Below are positions 53,401 to 64,000 of a stretch of DNA of 64,000 nt, in pieces. The notes under the pieces are model-generated. The model saw nothing but the letters and a program-made list of their open reading frames with translations. It did no database searches and had not been told where the DNA came from. The stretch is from Lingula anatina (lineage: Eukaryota > Animalia > Brachiopoda): positions 37,219,967 through 37,283,966 of the forward strand of contig CM120640.1 of NCBI GenBank assembly GCA_051362555.1, in the 5' to 3' direction. The first letter of the stretch is position 1. Every line of letters begins with the position of its first letter. The position numbers were made by a program, and so were the translations under genes.

Positions 53401-54467
53401 CACCTAGCATTGCCATGCTGGAAACAGCAGAGGACCACCATGACCCCTGTGGCGCGCGGTTCCTGTCATGCGCACTTCGTATTTCCGCAAAAGATGAAAA
53501 AGGTTAATAGGAGCTCTAATGCTATGAACTTCATGCATTATATACTTTACCTTGTGTTGGAATGCATGAAGAACGTCTACTGCAAGGAGTTGTCCACTTT
53601 TTAGCTGACCCAGCAGTGCTTTGGTGGGTAGGTTAGTGATGCTATCGATGGTCTCCTCAGAAAGCTGAAATTAACCAGATGAATGATCGTTTTTGTCTGG
53701 CATATGTGAAGTAATATAAAAAAAGGTATACATACTATTAATGAGTATCCCTACTACACAATCTGTAACAATGTTTTGGTTCATCATTCTTTTACAATGT
53801 AATTTCTTCTTTTATAATAGAGTTAAAATTCAAGTGAGAAAGGTACACATGTACAGCCATAGACTGCAGAGCACTGTCCATATTATCATATACTTACTTG
53901 TAGTTAATGAGGGGAAATTGATTAAGAAATCCATGTGGGTTCATTACATGTAATTTGCCCCCTCGTTTGTATTTTGAGACCATTTTATCTAATAAGATTT
54001 TATCTAACAAGGGTAAATATGAGGGTTCTATAAAGAGATAATGAGGGATGAAGGAAAGGTCCGAGATAAAGATTCATTCAGCAAGGGATTTACACCTGTG
54101 TTTACCCATATTGCCCCCCCTCCCCCCCCCCCCTCCCCCAATATTCACCACATCTTAGGCTTAGCCACTGGTTTTAAAAATAATTCGTTTAAATACAACT
54201 TACGTGGTGCTTATGTTTACCGTATTTTACAGCCTCTGCGTATGTCTCTGACTGTACATGACTATTCCGCACGATGTCTATCATCTTTTGTCTCTCCTCG
54301 CGTTTTCTATTTCGCTTTCCAGCATTTTTGACCCTCAACCCGAACCATTTCAACCAGGCCCAGACGAAGTGCACGCCGATGATGCCCGCGACTGCTAGTA
54401 GTACTTGGCGGTGGCCAACAGTTGACAATTCATCAACTATTTTGTTTCTTAGCTCATTAAATTGCAT
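39514..54467 (-). CDS. FAAH: Fatty-acid amide hydrolase 1-like amidase-signature enzyme, 603 aa, complete, 17 exons
   Basis: Exons (minus): 54467-54204, 53664-53551, 50703-50647, 50310-50224, 50004-49933, 49439-49378, 49210-49001, 48792-48752, 48265-48141, 47801-47676, 42395-42298, 41841-41745, 41438-41395, 41169-41130, 40821-40710, 40278-40139, 39636-39514; 1812 nt in frame. N-terminal hydrophobic anchor, GPLHGLPVSIKE (catalytic Lys), KTNVPQ, GGSSGGEG (cis-Ser), GTDVGSSIRVP (nucleophile Ser), GPMGRDVD, FNLLNYP.G, GLPV.VQC...QEELCLRIMKELE. Confidence 0.93.
43112..43346 (+). mobile_element. Short HINE/MITE-like element (family 2)
   Basis: Subterminal inverted repeats CCTCTGCCAAGG (43139-43150) and CCTTGGCAGAG (43326-43336), core CCTGAAAATTTC..AAAATC..CATAACTTTTTG, GACA/AACA microsatellite, terminal GGTAA. 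Confidence 0.65.
43395..43442. repeat. (AT)n microsatellite
   Basis: Direct reading. Confidence 0.95.
43600..45218. repeat. ~335-bp tandem repeat array (about 5 copies, more degenerate leftwards)
   Basis: Anchor motif TTTTGATGCAACATTACATAATG recurs at about 43740, 44059, 44391, 44729 and 45066; a degenerate copy lies near 42630. Confidence 0.8.
45219..47046 (+). mobile_element. Non-autonomous Helentron-associated (HINE/DINE-like) element with duplicated 5' module and 161-bp core repeats, FAAH intron 10
   Basis: Starts AACAAGACAGCACTGTTC (45219), repeated at 45931 (712-bp direct duplication). 161-162 bp core units at about 45650, 45812, 46365, 46526, 46687, 46848; (CGGCGA)n microsatellite at about 46962-46990; perfect 14-bp-stem hairpin TATGTACAGACACA-TC-TGTGTCTGTACATA at 47011-47040 followed by an A run. 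Confidence 0.75.
50382..50426. repeat. (GT)n microsatellite
   Basis: Direct reading. Confidence 0.9.
51333..53506 (+). mobile_element. Decayed ISL2EU/Harbinger-type (PHIS group) DNA transposon in FAAH intron 2
   Basis: 26-bp TIRs: TAGCCTTTTTCATCTTTTCCGGAAAT (51333-51358) versus ATTTCCGCAAAAGATGAAAAAGGTTA (53481-53506), 2 mismatches, flanked by AT on both sides. Contains a broken THAP ORF (51423-51645) and an LKFYTG motif (51831-51848). Confidence 0.8.
51423..51860 (+). pseudogene. Transposase relic: THAP zinc-finger domain (THAP11/Ronin-like) plus FYTG motif, with stops and frameshifts
   Basis: MAGFTCFLSRYYNNSKRDRHMRFNKFPTNPLE*KIW* ... (frameshift) GHRICPEHFEGGKKNYNIRRSTVL*; later LKFYTG. 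Confidence 0.75.
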
Positions 54468-54557
54468 ATTTGACGTTTTTTCTGCTTTCAATACTTTTTT
54501 GCGTCGTGTTTACAGTCTTATCGACATCCGTCGACACAACGTGTAATCTCCTTTAGT

Positions 54558-54573
54558 AGGTCAATCAAGGTCA
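54558..54573 (+). promoter_or_regulatory. Perfect DR4 nuclear-receptor response element with embedded TCAAGGTCA (NR5A/ERR-type) site, in the FAAH proximal upstream region
   Basis: AGGTCA-ATCA-AGGTCA, 91 bp upstream of the FAAH ATG (54467). The motif is read directly; its function is inferred. Confidence 0.5.
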
Positions 54574-57500
54574 TGGGGTAAGGCCAAGATGAGACCCATC
54601 CCAATTTGTTTTAAATCGTCACTGAATCGTAATGTCAGTCTGAATAAGTTGTGAAAATGTAACTGTTCCTACAAAAAATACCAGTGAAATCATCAGAATA
54701 TTTAGCCCTACAGATGAGCAATTAAGTATTTTTAGTTAAATTAAATCGTGTTTAGTGAAGCTGTTTGGCGAGTTTTTATAGTATTATGAATGCGTTAGTT
54801 GTGCTGCACTGCTGCGCCAATGCTTCTTTGTTGAAATATTTGTGTGAAAGCCCCAATTTTAGACCTAAATGATGTCTGTTGGGTGTGTTTAGACTTTTTT
54901 ATGTGTCATAGGTGCAGTTTAGTGATTTTGACCATATTTAAGATGATTAGAAAAACTTCCGTACTTAAGTGATTTATGTTGGTGTTTTTATTTAGAATAT
55001 CGATACTTTTAACTAGGGCCTAATATATGGAATTTGAATTCAGTTTCAGTAACCAAAACATTATGATTATTTTTTTGCTTTTAAATGCCAAGTTTAGTTT
55101 GTTTGAAATTTAAAAAACCGTAGGTCCTCATCTAACAGCTTTCATGTTGGCCCAGAAACCTCAATTTTTTCCCCGCCAGTTGTCAGTCCCGCAACTTTTG
55201 ACAGGTAGGCCTAAATGAAAGAAATAATTACTGTATATGATTTATTCTTTGACTCAAAAACTACCGGGAACCGAAAAAAGTGTACATTTTAAATGTAGTG
55301 TGCAATAAGTCCCAATGCAAGTATATACTTAAAGATTTTACATTAAAAATTATATAAAAAATTGATAACAGCTATTTTAGTGCTAAGTAAAACCCGTGTT
55401 CAAATAATTCATTATTACAGATAAGCCTAAATTTATTTAATATAATGAAAGTGCAATTCAAACTAAGACAGGTCCAATTTGAAGGTAAAAGAAAAGAAGA
55501 CAGAAGAACATTTCAATACCAATGTATTGTTTACTTTGATGTTCTTTGACTTACATGCTCTCAGGCCGTTTCGTTCACTTTCAGGGCGAATGCCTATCGG
55601 CGCGCGCCATGTCCAAAATCCTACCTTCTCCCAGGACCACAGATTGGTTTTTCACTTGTTATGCACAGATGTGTTAATTCATGGCACCTTTCTGCACTTT
55701 TCAATTAATCTGCAGCCTTGGTAGAGGGTACCAAAATCCTGAGATAAAACAGAATCAACAGTTAATCAGGTTAATTGACAGTGTAAGTTTTTATCTGTGT
55801 ATATCATTATTTTGTAAAAATGTGCATGTTTCCAGATTGTTTAAAGTAATTGGTCAGACGTGTGCTTGGTTATTGAATGTTTAAAAAATCGTGATTTACG
55901 TGAAACATTCAAACATGATTAGTCCTGTTGTGTGTAGAATATCAAAATTAGTAAAATGCCTTTTCTCTGATTGTGTTTTCTTTTAGAACCTAACTACAAA
56001 TTACAATTAATTATTTAACTTTTTGTATGTTTATGTTGACTTTGACACATATTTCTATTGCACTTCCCTAGCTATGATGAATGATATGATAATGATAATT
56101 TATTCAGCTTATAATGTTCCGGTTAACATTGTTAAATGTCTGTTTCTTCACTACTGTTTGTAGTAGGCCTATTGTTTGCTTATAAAATTAAATAAATAAA
56201 CAAATAAATACAAAAGGTATAATATTAAAGGTATTTTTCAATTTTGTGAAGTAAGTATACCATAATCGAGTACATTTTTTATGGGCTTCTTTGCCCTTGA
56301 AAATCAATAGTTTTTGTCTTGTGTGTGAGGAGAAAACAAAAAGAAATATTTATTTACAAATAACATTTTAGTATTTCTACGTTAAATGTATAACGGGTAC
56401 ACAAGTGAAAGATCTGAGTTATCATTTTGAATTTAACCATATGGAAGCTTGAGTGAAAATGTCACCTTAATGCACCAAAGCGTTAAGTATGCTAAAATTT
56501 ACTTGAGAGAGACAGCACTGGCGGCTGTTGGCTTCGCCCAACTAAGGATTCTCGGCCAACAAATTTTTACTTGCGGCGTGGCCAAGTAAGTTTATTTGTC
56601 GTAGAATCCTTCGTGTTCTTCTAAATCTTAATATTCTGTCATTTTGCCAACTGAGGCTATTTCTGCCTCAGGATCTATTAGGGCGCTCGTTATGCAAGGA
56701 GTTCTTTGGGGCTTGTAACTTTTTTCGCTGGCTTAAAATGTAGGTCCCTATCTAAGGTTATATTCATAGACAAACTGTAATGTATTTCGGTACTTTTTCG
56801 CACTGCATTCTCCAGTGCAATTGGCATCGGTTAGTTTTCTCTCGGTGACTCAAAAATGAATGCTAGCATGGTTAATTTGCTATAAAAAAGACAGTAAAAT
56901 GTATCGGCGGCAATCGTACAAAAATACCCATTAGAAATGCTTTAAAGAAAAGTCGCGCAAGCAACCTATTGATCAAAGTTGTATCCAAAGGTGCAATTTA
57001 ATAAAAATCTTTAATACGTTGAAAATTTTGATAATGATGATCAACTTTATAAGGTTTTATCTGGAGTCTGAATTGCGAAACCAATTTAACAAAGTAACTT
57101 GAAGAGTAACAATGTCGTCTTAAGTTGCAAAGGTTTGTAATCTTAGTGCAGACGCAGGCCGCCTACCTGACACCCTGGGTTTTAACAATATCATTAGGTG
57201 ATCATATGCCCTCGTGTCTGTAACTTGACAAAATCTACATTGATAAGTAAATTACGTGGAAAAATAACAAATTCAATCCTTCCCGAATAATGAAGTCCCC
57301 GACTGTGTCAACCGTTGCAGAGCTTTGTTCCGCCCCGCTCCAAGTTGTAAGGATTAGCCAAATTTGGCGGGTAGGATGTAACGATTTCACAAACGGTGAC
57401 CTTACATTCGTGACCTTAAATTACTTCTTACAAAAAACAGCTATGTTATTAGCAGACAGGCTTAGAGATGAGGGCAAATTAGGGCTCGTCTGCGGCTAGA

Positions 57501-60500
57501 TTTTGACCTGATATTTCCAATAAAGATTAGTGAGTTGATTTTTATGTGTTGTGATTCTGTGAAGCGTACCGGCTTTTTTCACGTAACAAGAATTTGGCAC
57601 TATCCTCCTCTCTCTTTCTCAATTATTCAAAATTGTCTTAAATTTTCTACAACCACTGGAGCACAGTTTTCCCCAAGCAAAACGTTTTCATTTTTAAATT
57701 AAACCTTTAAGTTTCAAAGTAAAAAAAAACTTCGTAGGGAATGTGGGAACTTAAGCTTTTTTTGCAAAAGTCCCGACAGAATCATACACTATCAAAATGT
57801 GTGTCGACAAATTTCAGTAAAGGCTTCGGCACGCTACAAACAAAGCTGCATACACAAGATAAAAGTGGGGTTGGAAGTGCTCATATTGACTGCGCAAGGG
57901 AAGGAAAATTTATCACATCCGCAGTCGGGCAAATTCATTCTTTTTTATGGGTAAAACATTGCAGAAATGCTTGCCTATGCAATAACAGTCGTTCTACGAC
58001 AATATGGCATTGGATGCACGAGCAGACCCTGGAAAACACTAATCGTGACTGTGTGTAACTGAGGCCGAAATTGTGAGACTGGGGGAGCAGGTGATATGCT
58101 ATAACGGCGCAGTAGTTCGTGCCTTCTGGCTTCGCACCTTCTCATTCTTCCCCGAATAATGGAAGGTGTAAAAGAGCCCGGTGAAACACAAACACGCACT
58201 TCTCAAGAACAACAACTCAACTGCTTAAATGTAGAAAAGTAGCGATCAAATTTCTCCACTTTGAAAGTTTGGACAAATTTTTACTGTTGTTCTTTTGATA
58301 AGAAAGAAAAAGTGTCCTACCCTTCCTCTACTATTTCCTTAAGGCTTTCTGCAAACATTTGGTCTCAAAACACACTCGGACTGAAAGCTCAGGTGCAACG
58401 TAACTTAATACAGTAAAACATTAGCGAAATAGAGAGATGTATTTTCAGACAAGCTTTCAGATTTAAAGGATCTCTATGTTTCGTATATAATAGCTCGGGG
58501 TATGCGCTAACCACTTTTGTCGTTTACATATGATAAATTTTCATCCAATGCTTAAAGGGTATATCGTATTCATGTTTATTTTAAAGTCTTTAAAGGTAGC
58601 ATAAAATAGCCGAAAACTTTCAGAATTCAAATTCACATTTGTTAGTTTCATGTCACTAAATGCGATGTAAAGATTTCCAAATAGTTACAGCCCACTTGTA
58701 TTAGGAGAAAAACAAACAGTAAAAATCGTTTTGTTCAGAAAAAAACGCGTAAGCCTTTGCTGGTTAAATAACTGCCTTAAATCTTTTGTTAGGGATTTAA
58801 CTCGATAAAAATCCGAATTATTTGTGTATCAGATCATCTGGATCTCCATGCCACCATGTCTCTCATTGTTGCCTGCTTGTAGTGATAAAAGGTTTGAAAC
58901 GTGCAAATTAGTTGTAAAACATGGCAGCATTGAAAACGTGCTGATCGTGAAAACTAAAAGGATTTGTTCAGTTGTACATCTAAGAATTTTTATCATAACA
59001 ATACGAATAGAAAAAAAAATTGATACATGACATTTAAAAAAGAAATAGATGTATGAAATAGATGCCTATGACGAGACATTTTGTCCATAATTAGCTTCAA
59101 ACTGATTCAACACAAGCCCTACTGTTCAGAATGCAACCTAATATAAGAGACCATTCTAAATAGTTGTTTTACATGGTAATCCCTGGTAAAATGCGTTCAT
59201 CCATGTGTCAAAATACGATTTCACAAGACCACATTTTTTTAGATTGGCAAACCATGCTGAGACCTTAATCAGGATACACCATGGTAAAACCACCTAACCC
59301 TGCTTGACACTAGTTAATACTGCTAAACAACCCAGCCCTTCGAACTTTGCTTCAAGTGAAATTGAAAAGTACAGTAACGAACTCGAGCTCGCTACCTGCC
59401 TAGTGGAAAACGATTTTTTTATAAAATAAAAAATCACGCCTGTACTTATACGTGCGTTTTTTTATAACTAAATTTACTGACCTTTTGGTCAAGTTTAGGA
59501 ATGATAAAAAATATGCATCAGAGCATGGTATTATTAGGGTTCTTATCCTCACTGCTAGAGAGATGGTGACGAGTAGTTTTTTAAAACACAATTTAACTTA
59601 CCTCCAAAGCACACGCTTGGAAATCAAATTGGTCTCAAAGCAGTGCACATATTATCGAAGGTCCTACTGTGGTTTTTAGTAGAGTTGTTTGACGTGTTGG
59701 TAAAGGTGTCGTTTTGCCATATCAAAAAATGTTACATTGATGCATTTGTCTCAGAAATTGATTTAACTTTGCCGAACAAATTTCTGCTAACCGACAGAAC
59801 AGTTTTGTAGATGCAGCCATAATTCTATAGTGATATTTTCGACTCAAAGTCGATTTTCAAAAAAATACGATTTCTCTTAAAAGGATTATAACAAAAAGTT
59901 AACTAAAATTTAAAATTGTACGTGTTTTTTAAAACAAAAGTGCTTTTAAAACACCCCATATGTATGACAACTTAATTTTGTTACCACCAGTTCTATCGCA
60001 TAATCTCCCTTTGTAATGTACAGAAAGGTTGGTTTTATATCATTCACACGAACGCACATGACGACGAAATGAAATTTGTGTGAGAATATTTCTTCCCCGA
60101 GGACGAACAAATGCAATTACCAAGCGAAGACAATCGTGTTACACTGCGCCTAGGGGGAGAACATGATGGAAATACAAGATGGCGTTAACCGATTGTTACT
60201 GTATTTATTTTCTTAAAAGCTGGTCAATGATCTGATCACACTGTCCCGATTGTACAAAGCTTAACAAAACAATATTGTTTGATCGCAAGGAGAGAGGGTG
60301 TGTTTGCTCTCATAATGTACCGGCCCTGCCAATGTGACGAGTTGTTTTGCCAACTTAATAACAACGCGTGAAAAGAAACTGCAACACGCATAATACTTTC
60401 ACACACACCTTCGACAGGGTGGATAAAAGCCTTCGGCATGGAGTGTTTGATTAACACGGCAAACTAACCTCTAAAAGACTAACAAGTGCCCTTGATCCAA

Positions 60501-62892
60501 CACAAGGAGGGATTGGTCTTCTCTTGACAGCGCGAGCTAGACCCACGTGGATTTCTTTTCTGGACGCTCTCGAAAGGATTTTAAAAATAACGTCGGTTTT
60601 TCATTCTCGACATCACATTTGTGTTTGTATTTTAAACAAATATGTTTTAAGCTTTTGGAATCCTAAAATAATCCGCCCTTATGTTTCAAGTTCTTGAAAT
60701 GCAAGGGTCCAGTTTCAGGCAGCTTTTTATTTTATCTATATATAGTACCATGACTCTGACACTGAATCAAGATCAATGAAGATTACTGTAATATTTTTGA
60801 AATTAATCGCAGGACACACAGTAGAAAGGTACAGGTAACCAATAATAGAAGAGGTCTTTAAAAACAGACATCTAAATATGCCTTTTTCCCATTTGTAATG
60901 CGATGTTTTACTAGTTGAAAACAATGTCAGACCCTGTACTTCTTGAAAACAATTACAATAAAAGAAAAAATGGAACCTTTATTTTGCATTTTTATCTTCT
61001 GTAAAGGAAGCAGTCTAGACACATTTAATGTAACAAATAAAAAGGGGACACATTCAAGGATTACTATATGTCAAGTATATGCTGTGTCTACAGCTTAATC
61101 GGCTGGACCGTTGCATAATGTGCGCGTTAATATCGGGGCTTTGCCATAAGATTCTTGACATAGTAACTGATATAACATCCAAAGTTTTACCATGTATTTC
61201 ATTGTGAAAAACAAAGTTATGTGTTAGCGGATGTTTCTAATCAACTTGTAGTTGTTTAAGAGGTGGACTAAGGGTTAAATCTTCTTCGAATTCATTATAC
61301 ATGTATGATAGATAAAGGATTTGAAGTATTGCGCTGATTTTACTATTTGGTTCAGAGTACTGGCGGAGTACATCTCTAGGCCTACTATAACACCGCACGC
61401 TTACCGTCACGTTTTCAGAAAGGGCCAGAGTAAGTTGAATACAAAGCATGATTTCTCACAGGTTCTGAAACTCAGGGTAACAGTTAAACTGATTGTCACT
61501 GTTAATTATTTTAAATGCTACGAAGGAAGTCACCATGAAATTCGATGGGCATAAGCGACTGCGCTCTTACTGTATATAAATGTACACGGATATGCTGAGG
61601 AATCTGCCCAATAAGCGAGTCACTTTACTTAAGCATTAAAATCCCTCGTCATTTACCCGGAAGATATTTTTAAGTGGGGGACTCTGTCTTTCAGTTTCCA
61701 AAATTTCATAGATTATGCGACAATCAAGTTATTAAAATATCAAAGCTTATCTCGCCTGGTCTGATCCGTTGGTCTAGCCATATCGGCAGTCGTGGAAGCT
61801 TTTGAAACTATAATACAGGGAGGCGGCATTTGTATGCATGTGATAATGCCCCTCAGTGTATGAACTGTAGGAAATTAATCAAATCAAATTTTAATTATGA
61901 GATATAACTTTTTTATCTCATTGTTTGTATAACAACCAATCTTTAATTGTGTACCGAAGAAAAACAAGGCCCACGGCGAGATCGATGTTGTGTCATATCA
62001 ATATATTTTATTATAATAAATACAAGCAGATTAATAACAGATTGTAGGACGCTTTCCAATCCAAATGGACAAATAATACATCAATTATAACCGCAAACTC
62101 TTGGTAACAATTGTTGACAAGATGATACGCGTGATAATACGTGTGTGAGAGGTTGTGAGAGATTAATCCATTGCACTCAAGTCAAACGTCGTTGGGAAAT
62201 TCGATCCAAGAACTTTAGACATTAATAAAAACACTGCTCTGATTAATAATACAAATGTGCACAAGTATTAATCGATGGGAAAGCGATGTCTGCTGGGGTG
62301 ATCTATGGACATCAAGCGCCTATAGTGGTGATTTTTAAAAGATTTTATCGAAACTAATGTTCATTTGGCGAACAGTCAATAGCAAAAGCGGCAGGATACG
62401 GGCCTCGTAACAACCCATTCCCAATTCGCTGACAAAACATATACCGCTTAGTATCAATATATACAAAAATGACCTAAGTATTTGTTAGTAGAGCACAATT
62501 TACATTTTCCGATATATTCGACCCGGGATTAGGGACCCTATCCTGCTGTTAAAACAGTAAAATGTTTATTTTGTATAGCAACAACCGAAATGTTTTCTAG
62601 AGATTAACTACATCAGTCAATATCAATATATCAATTTTCTTTTTACAATTTGTCAGTTCTATTATCGCGTATGTACATACATTCCCCGCATAGGGTGTAC
62701 CTACGTCCGTCATAGCGTCAAATACGTTACATTATATACATGGGGTTATTACATAATATATGTTCATCACAACGGTTTGATTGGGCCAAAGTTTCTCAAC
62801 CTTGGTAGAGATATAAGCACCATTTGTCACTTTCATTCGTTTCGATATAGTTTGTAGATTGTCTATCAACTTTTATTGGTAAAGTTCTCAAG

Positions 62893-63584
62893 TCAAACAT
62901 CGACGGGTTTATCTGTCATCGCCGAAGGCGTCACCATGCCCGGAAAACCGAGGGCAGATTTCCCGGCCGCAGTGGCGAAAGCGCTGTAGTTGTACCCTGC
63001 GAAGTTGGGCAGAAACTGAGGAGGGTAGGGCATAGCTAGCAGTCCTCGGGCATTATGCGGGGGATAGGCGTACCTCATGGCCGAACTGAAAGCTTGAGCG
63101 GAGGCCAGGCTGCTTATTGGGGAAAACGCTGACTTGAAGGCGGTGGCTGCTGTCACGACTGGCGTCGAGGGAAGATAGGGCCGGTAGAGGGCACTGTTGG
63201 ATCCAGGCAAGGATAAATCCGCAGCGGAAGCGGTGTGTTCGCTGTGGTTATTCAGGACCTGTTCTATGGCCTGACTAACGTCACTGTCACAACCCTGTAG
63301 AATAAGCTGAAGGACACTCCGTTTCATGTGAGGGAAGATCCGACTTAAGACTTCTATTGGCGGTTTCTTTCCTTGTTGGCGCCCGATGGGAGACGCTCTG
63401 CAAGAAATGGCACCTTCGCTGGTTGGCTTTTTCGGGGTTTTGCGTTCCGGTTTAGGTGATTCGCGACGGTCGTCTGTCTCCGGCAGTTGGGTGCCGGCTT
63501 TTTCCGGGGAGCCAGGAGTTGTGATGTCCGGGGAGCCGGATCGGTCGCTCATGTTGTCTGCATCAGATTTTCTCCTCTTTAAAT
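62893..63584 (-). CDS. DMRTA2: Terminal exon of a doublesex/mab-3-related transcription factor, DMRTA (Dmrt4/5/99B) type, with DMA domain; DM-domain exon lies beyond the right edge
   Basis: Poly-T/CAG acceptor just right of 63584, then an open frame to TGA at 62893. DMA domain [40 protein letters not shown] plus the DMRTA C-terminal motif SAFSPI. The A1 versus A2 symbol cannot be resolved in an invertebrate. Confidence 0.88.
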
Positions 63585-64000
63585 CTGAAAAAAAAAAAAA
63601 ATGAATATATTTATTACGTTGGCAGATTAACCGCTGTGGTCATTATTTCCTACCCCATTCAAAAAAAAAAAAAAAAAAAAAAAAAACTGATAAAGTTTTC
63701 ACTGAAACACCTTATTCAAATCCAAAAGTGTATAGCTCATTTTAAATGTGCGTGCGTGCGTGCGTGTGCTTACCATCGGCTATTATGTCACATATAGGAC
63801 CTACGTGTAGATGTAGTGTAAAAAAATGATGTTCGGCTTTAAAGAGGCAAAACACGTGCACGACACAAAAAATAAAAATGAAAGTATTATTAAATGTAAT
63901 GATTTGTGGCATGTGACATTCTTATAAGCCAGTTACCATGTTTGTTGCTTTAAGAGGCCATCAATTTACCAAGCTGATTGAAGGTGGTGGGGTTTGTGTA

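Noticed and set aside
55000-62800. Short ORFs and possible RNA genes between FAAH and DMRT
   Set aside because: No splice-consistent exon chain, recognisable domain, tRNA cloverleaf or snRNA motif found by eye; the small transposon-like fragments were too degenerate to delimit.

Overview
AT-rich, intron-rich eukaryotic genomic DNA from an invertebrate animal (probably lophotrochozoan; this is inferred from gene content and repeat types). I reconstructed five protein-coding loci by hand using GT-AG boundaries with consistent phases. (1, 2) Two complete 6-exon paralogous type-I membrane receptor genes on the minus strand (3535-9822, 589 aa; 13890-19148, 640 aa), each with signal peptide / 10-Cys SUEL-lectin-like / CUB-like / Thr-rich stalk / TM / Tyr-motif-rich tail. 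(3) The last nine coding exons of ASCC3 on the plus strand (21748-27101). I found no earlier ASCC3 exon in 1-21747, so the two receptor genes appear to be nested antisense inside one >21.7 kb ASCC3 intron. (4) A complete 17-exon FAAH1-like amidase on the minus strand (39514-54467, 603 aa), with a perfect DR4 nuclear-receptor element about 90 bp upstream of its ATG. (5) The DMA-domain last exon of a DMRTA (Dmrt4/5)-like gene (62893-63584, minus). Repeats include a decayed ISL2EU/Harbinger-type transposon carrying a THAP11/Ronin-like THAP domain, stacked Helentron-associated (HINE-like) elements, MITEs, a 34-bp G-rich minisatellite and microsatellites. I saw no tRNA, rRNA or CRISPR. The best candidate for an undescribed system is the intron-nested SUEL-CUB receptor pair with divergent signalling tails. 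All homology calls come from motif recognition and recall, not database searches.
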